Assembly: GCA_965235115.1 (NCBI GenBank)
Contig: OZ249436.1
Coordinates: 42,472,001 to 42,536,000, forward strand
DNA from: Laetmonice hystrix
Taxonomy: Eukaryota
Direction of reading: 5' to 3'
DNA: 64,000 bases
Below the pieces are notes generated by a model. That model saw only the letters and a program-made list of their open reading frames with translations. It did no database searches and had not been told where the DNA came from. Position numbers and translations under genes: made by a program. Shown one piece after another: positions 11,761 to 22,881 of this stretch (positions are counted from its first letter, which is position 1; each line of letters begins with the position of its first letter).

Positions 11761-12855
11761 ATGGAATACAATGGAACGGCACCCGCATCTTTCCTTTCTC
11801 GGACAGGCACGTGGTACCCAGCATTAGATGTTCCACTCGCCATCTTGAACGTGGTGGTCATCCTTGTTGGACTTGGAAACTGGGGAGCGATCTGGACCTT
11901 TGTCCGGACTCCCAAGCTGAGGCGTCCGTTCAATATGATCCCGCTGGCGATGGCCTTCACCGACGGTCTTGCGACTTCTGTTGTTGCACCGATGGAGCTC
12001 AGCGCCTTGTTGTCCAGGTTTGCTCCTCCAAGCGACTTTTTCTGTCACTTGAAGATTTTCCTCGGGTCCACCTGGTTTATTTTGTCGTCGATGTTCATTT
12101 TCACACTCAGCGTCCTGCGGCTCGTAGCCGGCGTCCAAAACAAACCCATCCGATTCACATACAAGGCCATCGGTTTGGTGTTGACTGGGCAGTTCCTGGT
12201 GGCGCTCTGTCTGTCGTATCTAACGGCAAACTCAGCTTCGCAAAGGTTTGCTTTATGCATGGGCTATCTGACAGGGGAGACGTTTGAACCACAGGAGTCA
12301 AGCACTGAAACCGTGACGGCCATGACAGGAAGACTCGTCACGTTGGACCCTACTGTTCTCAAAAACAGCGAGAGCCATGTAATCTACCAGAGAAACTGGT
12401 TGGTGTACTTGCCGTTAAGCGGCATGCTCTTCATTGGCACCGTTCTATCTTACATGACGTTGGCAATTTACCTGCGCTTGAAGAGACGAGAGTTTATTTC
12501 AATCCAGTCGACCAATCACTCGTCGGATATCCTAACGGTACGCGTTACAATTATTGTGACAATCACTTTTGCCATTTCCTTTCTCGGCCCTTTCTTACCG
12601 GCTGTGTTGAAAAGTCCACTTGCTCCTCACTTGCACTTACATTTCTTGAACATCTTTATTGTTCTTGCAAGGATTTCCGGAGCTACAAACCATGTCATAT
12701 ATTTAATCTCAAGCACTATCTACAGGAAGGCCTTCTTTGCTGCCGTCTGTGGGAAAACATGTTGCGTGACACAGGTGGGCACCTCTGTCAATTACCTTGG
12801 CAACCCTCCACCAGGGATAGGACAAAGTGCGACGACTCAAGAAGAATCAGTGTAA
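11761..12855 (+). CDS. Intronless class A (rhodopsin-like) G protein-coupled receptor, divergent orphan, 364 aa
   Basis: ATG in strong Kozak context (acaATGG); N-glycosylation site NGT; seven hydrophobic segments; TM1 GN, TM2 LAMAFTD, TM3 Cys (FCHLK) plus ECL2 Cys, LRL at the DRY position, TM6 FAISFLGP, TM7 NHVIY, helix-8 YRKAF, C-terminal Cys cluster. The ORF-track start at 11536 is a TTG and was not used. Confidence 0.92.
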   Translation: MEYNGTAPASFLSRTGTWYPALDVPLAILNVVVILVGLGNWGAIWTFVRTPKLRRPFNMIPLAMAFTDGLATSVVAPMELSALLSRFAPPSDFFCHLKIFLGSTWFILSSMFIFTLSVLRLVAGVQNKPIRFTYKAIGLVLTGQFLVALCLSYLTANSASQRFALCMGYLTGETFEPQESSTETVTAMTGRLVTLDPTVLKNSESHVIYQRNWLVYLPLSGMLFIGTVLSYMTLAIYLRLKRREFISIQSTNHSSDILTVRVTIIVTITFAISFLGPFLPAVLKSPLAPHLHLHFLNIFIVLARISGATNHVIYLISSTIYRKAFFAAVCGKTCCVTQVGTSVNYLGNPPPGIGQSATTQEESV

Positions 12856-13063
12856 GGATCTTATACTAACTTTTGACGGGGAGCCGAGTGTATCCCTGGA
12901 TCATTTCAGAATTAGCAAGTGCTTCTCGTGCTCCATGCGCTTGGATCGGTTTCTTTTTACACAGAGCGTTTTAGTGCGACAAAGCTTTGCAAAGTTTCTA
13001 CTGTTGGATGGTTGTTTGGACATTATAAATCAGGTTTATTCATTTGAAAGTGTCGGAAGTCCT

Positions 13064-13418
13064 ACGCTAAGGTTGACAGAAAATGAGCGCCTGGTACGCT
13101 TCAGGCTGGTGAGGCCCAAAATGTTAGTGCTAGGCGTTTTGGTGTCCATAGAAACACTATTCATGCCTTGTGGAGACGTTTTCAACAGTCTGGAAATGCT
13201 AGAGACCGTCCTCGTTCAGGACACGTCACGTCAACAAGATAATACATCAGGCTTGTACATCTCAGGAAACTATTCCAAACGGCGAGTCTGACTGCCCGGA
13301 CCATCGGAACATCGGCCCGGACCACCCAAGAACTACGTAAATTTTGATTGCGTGAACGCAACATTCGTCCGCGACGACTAGCATAGTTACGCCCAGTTCT
13401 TCTACGACGTCATCGTGT
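13064..13418 (+). pseudogene. Degenerate Tc1-family transposase N-terminus (HTH DNA-binding region)
   Basis: Translates with frameshifts and stops as xLRLTENER...LQAGEAQNVSARRFGVHRNTIHALWRRFQQSGNARDRPRSG...YIRLVHLRKLFQTASLTARTI...LRERNIRPRR, typical of the Tc1 paired-like HTH and GRPR linker. Confidence 0.85.
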
Positions 13419-16235
13419 ATAGCTGAAACCTAAACCATGCACAATTTACTTTTTCCAAATGATCCAAATCTTCAGATTGGTCACTTTCTATGAACTGACA
13501 CATCCGAAATGTCTCGTCTCATTTGTGTTTTGTTGTTGAACGTTTGAGGAATAGATCTATCAGTGGCTTTATATCTGTTGGTGCCTTGTCAGAGAATGTT
13601 GTCCGAAATTGACCAGTGCTGGGTTCGAGAAGTATCTTTTACAAGTTACATTTAGCATATTTAGCCTTCATTTTCGAGTCGCATGGACTATTTGTTATAA
13701 CCATATGTGCGATTCAAAGGGATAACAAATTCCCCAAATTTCACTTTCCAATTAGTGTTCTGTCAGTATAAAAATGAATTTCAACCATTTCTTGTCAGTA
13801 CTTTAGCCAGTTGGTGGAATTAGTAGCTTATATTCATTACTGATTTTGAAGTTAAAACTATGTAAAAAAATGTTCACAGCGGTTTCCTTCCTGCACCACT
13901 CAGTTCTCAAATATTGTTACTTATTTTTATCTTTCGCAGCACATTGTTGTAAAATACAGATGTGACTCTATTTGGTAATAAAATTGTTATTATAACTTTA
14001 AAACCTAAAAGCTTATGGTTAATTCTCTAATTTCGAGAAAAATGACCCAGAGCATACTTCGACTTTTCATAGATGGGTGGGTGGGTGGGTGGGTGTTTGG
14101 GGTTTCACGCCTTACAACAGCCAGGGTCATATCACTATCAACAATTCTCTCAATTAGAGAAAATATTATATAATTTTGGTCCTTGTACCACTATGGATTT
14201 CTCAAGTAGAGTTGAATTGTACTTTGGCACAATGAGATCATGTTTTTGCCTACTCTTAGTTTGACTTTTTCCAAAAAATAACGGGGATTGTGATAACAGG
14301 GGGATGTAATTGATGATGTATTTTGTACATGAACGTTGCAAGCCGGGAACAGACTAGGGCGATCGATGGCGATCGCTTGGCCATTTTTGCATCGCTTGGT
14401 TGTCGCCAGTGTCATCGCCGCAGTCTGGGCGCGCCCTGCGGTAAACCACGAATTTCTGTTAAACATACAATTGTTCGCGAACAATAATTGTCTGAGCGGA
14501 TTTTTGTTCGTGAACAAATGTTCGCGAATATGTTCGTCGTGTGCGGTGGCCTTTAGTTGATAACGTGTTCAAATGCAACGAGAAATACCTATATAATAGG
14601 GATATAATCTTGGTATAATCACTGCTAAAATATCATTTCACCTTTGGCTTCATTCATTATATATTTAATTATCTATATATCTCCCATTCATTCCTTGTAT
14701 CATGAATAGTCGATTTCTTAAGTGACAGCAGCAGGCCTAAACGATTATAATAATTTGCCTATACATGCAAGTATAGACAGTCAGATGATGGTGGGCGGTC
14801 GGCACGGTAGGCAGGGTCGGCAGTCAGATCAGGAGGCTCAGCATTATAAATATTCATTTTCGATATACTAATTTGCCGGATATGACGTCATATAAAGCGG
14901 TGGTGAAGTGGTTTTTGACCGAGGAAGTGAGGCCGCATGGACTTTATGGCCCCAGGCTGACTTGTGCCCCCGGGGGCCCGGCCAGGTATACGTGGTGATT
15001 CCATCGGAAGCCGGAAGGTGGCAGTGCAGTCGAAGGCGTCGCCTCAGTACAGCACGGCGGCGTTTACCTGCAACATCTCTCTAACCGTTATACTTGGCGA
15101 TGGGATATCTGATGTAGAAAAGGCGTACGACCATTTCATTTGCCATTGTTAATTAAACCTTTACGGCAAATTGCCATTGGGACTACTTGACAACGTGGTC
15201 GGACGCTTACAGACAGTCTGTACGGGAAACGGAGTAGATGGGAGTAAATGATCGACCAAACGTATCGCCTGCCTCCTGGACAGTAAAGGCATGGAAACAT
15301 GATATGAGGTGACATTAATAAATATGGTGTATTTGTACAGAAACAGCAGGTTTTATTCCAACATTCTGTCTGCTTTGAGAAGCTGAGAGTGTGTGCCAAC
15401 TTGATATTTTTCCTATGAATGTCATTGCTACCTTCTTCAGTGTGCACAATGGGTGATTTTAAAGTTGGTGTTAACAGGTGGTGTTTACACTAACAGTAAC
15501 ACTAACAAGCTCTGGGACACCAGAAATAAATTGCCCAGTGTTAACATCAGGTGTCCGTGTGATCTACACTCCGTGGAAGACTGAGTGCAGGTGTTAACAC
15601 ACAACTGACACTTCAAGTTGGTTACCTTCTGAATACGGATTCCTAACACGGGTCTGACACTAACACCAGTATAACACATACACCATGTTAGTGTTAACAC
15701 CAACACCCGTTGTTAGTAGTAATCCACACTGCATGCTAGAAAGGACACCATCATTGGGAAAAATGATCAAGACCTCGTTAAAATCAGAGTTTGATTCCCA
15801 AATTATGACCGGTAATATTTCATGCTTTCAACTACACATGAGCATCCATGCATAATCTGGGGCTTTCCCATAATGCGCCAGACCTCCTGTCAGAAGTGAA
15901 CTGGTTCCTGTTGCAGTTTCAAAAATATTAAGTGTCTCAATTTCATATGTGCCACTCTCATAATAATCAGCAACATACAAATCAACTGAGAACAGACAAA
16001 CGTGGGCCTACCACCAGGGGTGATTTTCAAGTTGGTGTATGCTAACAGTAACCAGAATCCCTGATACCTCACCCGATTCACAACTTAAAATGTGATTCAG
16101 ACAAGAGAGAGAAACTAAATAAAGGAAGTAGGTGTAATTATAAAGAAAATACTAATTAATAATTTCAAAAGCAGATGATAAAAACAGTTGTAGTCCGTTT
16201 CATATCTGTTGCAATATAAGGACAAATAATTACAT

Positions 16236-16303
16236 GACACACCGGGAATCGAACCATCAACCTTAAGATCAACACACAACATGCTAGACCATGCTAACAG
16301 CAA
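16236..16303 (-). other. tRNA-derived (SINE-head-like) segment
   Basis: Minus strand reads ...GTTAGCATGGTCTAGCATG...GGTTCGATTCCCGGTGTGTC: an A-box-like element and a canonical B box; no intact cloverleaf. Confidence 0.5.
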
Positions 16304-16360
16304 CGGTCAGAGAATCCAGCAGACAGATGCCACTTGTGGTCCGAACATGACGCAACATGG

Positions 16361-16630
16361 CAGGGGCGGATCCAGGTCGGCATCTGGGGGTGGGGGTTGG
16401 GAGTGGAGGTTTGGTTTGAGGTTGGGACGCCAACGGGGGGTTGGGGGGTTGGGGGGTTATATGGTTGCCTATTATCCTATATCCAATCTAAAGGCCTATA
16501 GATTATGTATTACCTGTATAGATCTACGTGCATTTATTATTGTTCCCCCTTTTTCCTGGTATCACGACATTAGTCAGCGGCTGAAGGGGGGTTGCAACCC
16601 CAGTAAGTCCTCCCCCCAGATCCGCCACTG
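16361..16630. mobile_element. CAGGGGCGGATCCAG-family MITE with a 5-bp TSD
   Basis: CAGGGGCGGATCCAGG ... CAGATCCGCCACTG flanked by CATGG...CATGG. Confidence 0.85.
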
Positions 16631-16967
16631 CATGGCTATGCTTGATCCCTACCTTCAACCCACCATTACACCCCCCCCACCCACACCGCACACACCCCTA
16701 CACACACCAATTTATCATCTTTTTAAATAAACTAGGCGTACCATTGATTTTTAGCTTTTGTAATAGTTTAGGCCTATTTGAAATGGGTCATTTAGAACTT
16801 ATAAAAGCATAGTTGACCTCAAAACACTGTCTTTCACTATCCTAATGTTTTGAAACTTCGTGAAAACTAACCTACTTTGTTTTATATGTTTTGAGGAAAA
16901 AGTACTATATTTTATTTATTATGATTTGCCATGCTGCAAAACGTATATTCTATGGAATGCTGTTGGT

Positions 16968-17279
16968 ACTTTTATTTAGCATTTACAGATATCTTCAAAT
17001 ATTTGAAGATCTCTTCAATTCAATTGAAGATATCTGAAATTCTTAGGTGCGAACATCACTTTAAATGTATAGTTTAAATTGTTTTGCAGGTATCTCTGAA
17101 GGAATTGAAGATATCTTCAAATCATTTGAGGATATCTTCAATTCATTTGAAGATATCTTTAAATATTTGCAGATATCTGTACATATTTGCAGATATCTTT
17201 AAATGAATTTAAGATACCTTCAATTGAATTGAAGATATCTTTAAATATTTGAAGATATCTGTAATTGCTGAATAAAAGT
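16968..17279. mobile_element. GATATC-rich inverted-repeat element (MITE-like)
   Basis: ACTTTTATTTAGCATTTACAGATATCTTCAAATATTT vs AAATATTTGAAGATATCTGTAATTGCTGAATAAAAGT; many internal GAAGATATCT units. Confidence 0.75.
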
Positions 17280-18039
17280 CGATACCCCAGGTTGGGGTTA
17301 TGCTTAGCGTGAAAAGACACAAACAGGGTGAAAAGACCCTTGAAAAGACACAAACAGCGTGGCTGGCCAGGCAACACCAGCTTTAAAATCACTTCGGTGT
17401 TAACGCCTAGACGTTAGTGTTAGGGCTAATGGAAGAGCCATTACAAATTTCTTGGCCAGAACACCAGGTAGGAATTAACACCTGGGCTGAGTGTTCCAGG
17501 GAGTGTGGGTGTACCACTAACACCCAATAACACTACCTATAAACTCTGATCACATTAACACCTGTTGTTAACACCAGGGAGTTTATTTCTGGTGTCCCAG
17601 GGCTTCTTGGTGTTAGTGTAAACACCAGCTGTTAACACCAGGTTTCATCTCATCCAGATTTTTCGTATTTTCATGAAGTTGCTGTGACACTTACACCAGT
17701 GACATTAACACCAGACACCAGTGTAAGTGTTACACTGCCACCAGTTGTTTGGAGTAGAAATTAACACTGACGCTGACACTAACACTACACACTGGCAAAT
17801 ACACCAACTTTAAAATCACCCAATATGCCTATACTGGTCAGGGAATGATTTAAAACGCTAAATACATCTGCTTTCACAATGTTAGGTCATATCCGGTATT
17901 GTCATTCGCTACTGGAATTTTCGCATAGTATTCGTCACGTACGTTCGCTCACAGAAAGGAGAGCACTCAGTCTTCACTGTTAAGGTATTTGTATATCAAA
18001 ACCATGTAATATGACTACTTCCATCTTTGCAATTGTATT

Positions 18040-18366
18040 GATTGGCGTCATACTCGAGCAAACACTACAGTGAGGGCTCTCTACATGTATTGACTGAGCT
18101 TAGACCGAAGCAAACACTATACATTGAGGGCTCCCTACATGTACTGACTGGCCTTATACTCAAGCAAACACGACAGTGAGGGCTCCCAACATGTACTGTA
18201 TGGCCTTATACTCGAGCACACACTACAGTGAGGGTTCCCCACATGTAGTGACTGACCTTACACTCGAGCAAACACTACAGTGAGGGCTCCCTACATGTAT
18301 TGAATGCCCTTGGGCTGGAGCAAACACTACAGTGAGGGGTCTCTACATATATTGACTGGCCTTACA
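18040..18366. repeat. 52-bp minisatellite, ~6 copies
   Basis: Consensus GGCCTTATACTCGAGCAAACACTACAGTGAGGGCTCCCTACATGTACTGACT. Confidence 0.92.
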
Positions 18367-18850
18367 TCTAGGCTGACGTTACTTGTATCTTATAACATAG
18401 CAGTGCATAGGCCTATTGGTTAGAGAGAGCACATCTTCCATACTTCACATTTGGAATTAATTTATTCTAGACGAATAAAGGGATATACAAAAATATGAGA
18501 TCAACACATACCACCACTCTAGGCGCCCTCTATTGTGGAGTTGCCACCTAGCGGCACATAGCTGACACACAGTTGGCTGTCGATGGACGGAAGGGAGGCC
18601 ATTTGTACGAAGGAGACACAGGGATATAATAACGAATAGCCTATCATGTAACAACAGAAATTGAGAGAGGGAGGTAGGGGATGGAAGAAGGAAGAAAAGA
18701 AAGGGTCGGATTGTTGTAGGCTACCCCATAGTGCCTGCCATCATGAAACTGCCGACATCTATAGGCTGACGATACTTGTATCTTATAACATAGCAGGGCA
18801 TAGGCCTTTTGGTTGTAGAGACCAGAGATATTCAAATATGTGTCCATAGC

Positions 18851-20462
18851 AAACAAGACATAGATAGGTCATGGACATGGTTACGATCCTCAACCCTACA
18901 ATCTCTTACCTTGTAGGCCTACGATCAGGTCATTAATCAGCCTTAGATCTACCAACGCCAGTCTCTATACGACCAATTACCCATATCTGCCAAAGTCCCT
19001 GCTATTTTAAACGATATAAATTTCAGACAATGTATTTTCCTAATTGTTGCTTGATTTGCTGAGGTGTCCACAAAGGTGGGCATCTCCTCTCCAAATTTCA
19101 TCAAGATATCTCAGAAACTCAAGAGTTATGAGTATTGCCTTACAACTAGGCCTACCTTAATACACACAACCTTGCAAGATGTTGAAAAAAAGGCAGAAGA
19201 AAAAAAATAGATTCCTATTCCACATGAAAGAGAAGAGGGGCAATCTATCGATCGTTGTATTAAACTGGAAACCCGACATTTCAGAATTACGCTCCTCCTT
19301 TTAAGGTATGGTATCAGAAATAGTCTAGAACCAAAAAATGCAAGATTCATGTTTGATTGATCTGCTCTTCTAAACTTTTCTATTTGTGGATGGGCCGGTT
19401 TTGTATAGATCTATGTCACTCAAGGTTTCTGGACACCACGAATGGTGTCGAAGGCACACTTCGAGACAGGATATTATGTCAGTGTTGGGAGGACGCCTTT
19501 TACAGGTGTGTATATATGATATAGGAGTTCTTTTACGCACTGATCTTCCGTACTTGAGATTTGGAATTAACTATATAGACAAAAGATACGTTGTGGTGAT
19601 ACCACAATGGATCCCATCCCCGAGGTGTCCCATCCAAACAAATGAAAGAGCATATGTAACTTCCTATTAGTGTTTAATAGTAACTCTGGTTCTAACCTCA
19701 ACCATTAAAAACTTATATCCCTGAGAAAATATGGATGACATCGTTATGACGTCATAGGTCACATGACCTGAAAAATAATGGTGCCAAATGAAAGAGCATA
19801 TGACTTCCTGTTAGTGTTTAATAGTAGCTATGGCTCTAAGGGTTTTGGAAATTCTCAATATGAGCTTAAAAAATGGCCTCAATGTACAAATCACATTTGA
19901 CGTCATGACGTGACCTGTCTTTGTCATGGTCAAGGTGTGTATTCGTGAACAATTATGGCTCTGTCTTAAATCTTTCAAGAGTTACAGCCAGGAATCTTCC
20001 AAATGACCCAACTTTAAAACTTGCAGGTCACGTGGTTCAGCGAAAATAGGTCAAATTCTTAAAAATAATGGTTCTAAACGAAAGATCATATCACTTCCTA
20101 TTTGTGTACAATAATAAACCTGGCCCTTTATGAGAAGCATCTTCGAGTTATAGCCATAGATATCTAAACTGGGCACTGTTCAAAAGTTTAATATCACGTG
20201 ACTCCGCGAAAATCGGTCAGTTCGCTTATCCTTTGATAACTATTGTCAGAGAGTCCTTCTGTCAAATATTGTCAAGTTTTATCAAAAATGAAGAAGAAGT
20301 AGGGATTTAACCGATTTACGATCTAGGACCCAGTTCTCCCTAAGGTCAAAGGGCAAAGGTCAAACGTCATGACTCATTGTCTGACCAGACTTCGTCATGG
20401 TCAAGATGCCTACCAAGTTTGGTTGAGATATCTTAAAAACTGACTGAGATAGACGTACTGTT

Positions 20463-20515
<53 letters not shown>

Positions 20516-20582
20516 TTACTACTACAACGCAGGGACCATACAATTTCAAGATCCCATCCCCTTGTAGGAGATGGGATAATAA
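18851..20582. mobile_element. Probable non-autonomous Helentron/Helitron-type element (HINE-like); left boundary uncertain
   Basis: Terminal hairpin ATCCCATC-CCCTTGTAGGA-GATGGGAT (20551-20577) next to an A-rich end, preceded by a (CTA)n tract; internal repeated blocks AAAYGAAAGAKCATAT..ACTTCCTRTT (~19640, 19787, 20077) and GGTCAAAGG motifs. Confidence 0.55.
20463..20525. repeat. (TAC/CTA)n microsatellite, ~21 units
   Basis: Directly visible, with one TAT interruption. Confidence 0.97.
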
Positions 20583-20735
20583 CCCCAAACCTAACCTTAA
20601 CTCTAACCCATAGGGGATTGGGGCTGTCGAACTGACGGCCCCCTGAAGTATTTGCCCCATGTTCCCCTGCCATTGCCTACTGCCAACAAGTGAACCCTCG
20701 GAATAGTGGACCCCCGGACTAGTAGGTAGTTCCCC

Positions 20736-20952
20736 AGCTGGATGTGTCCGGTAATCTGGATATGTCCGCAAATGTCAGCTAGATATGTCCGGTAATCCGG
20801 ATATGTCTGCAAATGTCAGCTAGATGTGTCCGGTATCGGACACATCTGGGGAAATTTGATATTTACTTGTTGATATTTGCGGACATATCCATTTCTTCGG
20901 GCACATCTTGCTAATGTTTGCGGACATATCTCCTATCGGACATAACTAGCCG
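20736..20952. repeat. 41-bp tandem units followed by inverted degenerate copies (GATATGTCCG / CGGACATATC)
   Basis: Units start at 20736, 20777 and 20818; reverse-complement motifs occupy 20837-20952. Confidence 0.7.
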
Positions 20953-21623
20953 TTCGGAATTGTCTAGCCGGAGCAGGGCCTCGATTGGTCGGTTCGGCTG
21001 CGGCTTGTAGGGGGCCTGGGCCAGCCGGTTCGGCCAGGGCTTGTAGGGGTCCTCGGCCGTAGAGATGGCGGACTGATTATGGCACCCAGTAATGTGACGT
21101 CACACCCCATTTAAAGTGTCTTGTAACGGTGCCAGTCGCGGCTATATTGTTAGGCCTACTCTAAAACACAAATAGGTAATCATATAAGATCTTTCATTTC
21201 CGACCATGTGACGTAATGTGAGGTATAAGGTGACGTGACGTATAATGTAATGTATAACGTCATGTGGCTAGTGATGTAAGGTATAACGTCACACGTGACG
21301 TATAACGTCTCATACGTCACGTATAATGTGTAACGTCACGTGACGTATGACGTAACGTGTGACGTCAGAATCTCAGCTATGTGGCAGGCGGGGACCTTAT
21401 TGCCTGAGTGTCGTCCCAGTTGCCAGCAAACAGGAACTGACATCACGGGTCCTTAAAACCAGGATTTTGCTATAAGGGAGGGGGTCCAGCTTGGTCAATT
21501 CAGAAAGTTCTATGGGGGAAAAAGAAAAATTGGTTGCCAAAGAGGGTTCGAACGCCCGACCCCCTTCTTGGTCCACCTATAGGAGACAATGCTTAAAAAC
21601 AAAAAAGACACCCACACCCGTAG

Positions 21624-21684
21624 GACGAGGTGACCGAGTGGTTATAAGGCGATGGACTGCTCTGCCCGGGTGAGTTCCTCGTCG
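21624..21684 (+). pseudogene. tRNA-Ser(GCT) pseudogene with internal deletions
   Basis: GACGAGGTGACCGAGTGGTTATAAGGCGATGGACTGCT..CTGC..GTGAGTTC..CTCGTCG matches the 5' and 3' ends of the conserved metazoan tRNA-Ser(GCT); the anticodon 3' stem and part of the T arm are missing. Confidence 0.85.
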
Positions 21685-22072
21685 TATGTGATTTTGGCGG
21701 AAAAAATCTGTGACTGATTCATCGTTTGAAAATTCTAATTTTACTGTATTATGAAGGCCTATGATAGGAATTCTCGATTGAAACAGATTCTAAAGGTCGA
21801 TAGCCTCCATTTGAGTCGCCTATCCTTTTGTTTCGTTCAAATGATGTATGTGGAGATCATGAATTTTTGGTACCGGAATTCTCCATGGACAAGCTGCAGC
21901 CGCATATAGTTGATTTCACTCTTTATTTAGCCGTTGCTCTTCCTGACTCATAAGAACGTCACTTATTAGTATCGAGTGCAGCCACAAGAAGTAAAAGATT
22001 GCGTTGTAAGTATGTAACCCGGCAGGTGGCAGCACAATGCCGACGCGCGCTCTGATCCGTCCAAAAGTGTAA

Positions 22073-22507
22073 GGCTGAGGCCACACCATGAGCTGCGGCT
22101 GTGGTGTAGCATTGTCCAAGCGATAGCCAAGCTTTGAGCTGTGAGGCGATGGTGGCCACACCAAAAGCTCGATTATAACGTACTGATTGGGACCAGAGAT
22201 TTTTGTCTGTTATATGCGAAGTCTCTTATACGCATAGATCTATACAGTAATTTGGATTATCGTTAGACGGGACCGGGACTTCCAGTTTCAGTACGTAGGC
22301 GATTGTCTGGTATATGCAAGGCCGTTATATGCGAGGTCTACTGTAGGCCTACTTTGAAAAGTCGAGCGTCGCTCATCGCTAGCACCGACCGCGCGGCCAC
22401 AGCTCATTGCGTGGCCACCCAAACAATAATTCATACAATCATTTTCGTCGCGCAGTTAAATAGCGCCGCTCACAGCGTAGCTCACAGCTTGTAGTGTGGC
22501 CTCAGCC
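22073..22507. mobile_element. Harbinger MITE with TAA TSD; contains a partial pogo/Tc-like MITE end (~22165-22343)
   Basis: TAA|GGCTGAGGCCACAC ... GTGTGGCCTCAGCC|TAA; internal CCGTTATATGCGAGGTCTACTG|TA terminus. Confidence 0.88.
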
Positions 22508-22881
22508 TAAGAGCTATGGTTGGTCCAACATTGATGTTACTTACGTTGAAAAGGAAATTAGGTCTATATCGTGTACATTTAGGGCAAGGAGTCGTTAAAC
22601 GGAACGTCGACTTGAAGTCACAGCTGACAACTGGGCTTAGCTGGGAACAACGGTTGGACCCTGGCTGGCTATCTTTTCTTGAGAAACTTATTAACTATAC
22701 ATAAACCACTGAGCAATCATGTAGGCCTAAGGCCTATACCCACAGAATAGGTACATATTTTGTTCCATACCTTCTTCCGAATCGGCCCTATGCAGAGGCC
22801 TATAGGCCTACTATTCTAGGTCTATTTCATAAAACGATAGAACCTACAGGCAGTTGAGTTCAACAGTGTATGTAGGCCCTA

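Larger units (their letters stand above)
15451..17821. mobile_element. Harbinger-like non-autonomous element with nested insertions
   Basis: TIR GGGTGATTTTAAAGTTGGTGT / ACACCAACTTTAAAATCACCC, 3-bp TSD AAT, and inverted AACAC/GTGTT-rich subterminal blocks (15468-15555 vs 17558-17640). Confidence 0.8.

Noticed and set aside
12827..13291. 154-aa ORF after the GPCR
   Set aside because: Mostly off-frame reading of the Tc1 relic; starts at GTG.
18040..18366. CRISPR-like appearance of the tandem arrays (also 56394-57245 and 61358-61710)
   Set aside because: Units are contiguous with no unique spacers, there are no cas genes, and the context is eukaryotic.
20586..20610. CCTAACC telomere-like repeats
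   Set aside because: Only about three degenerate units, within a common interspersed repeat.
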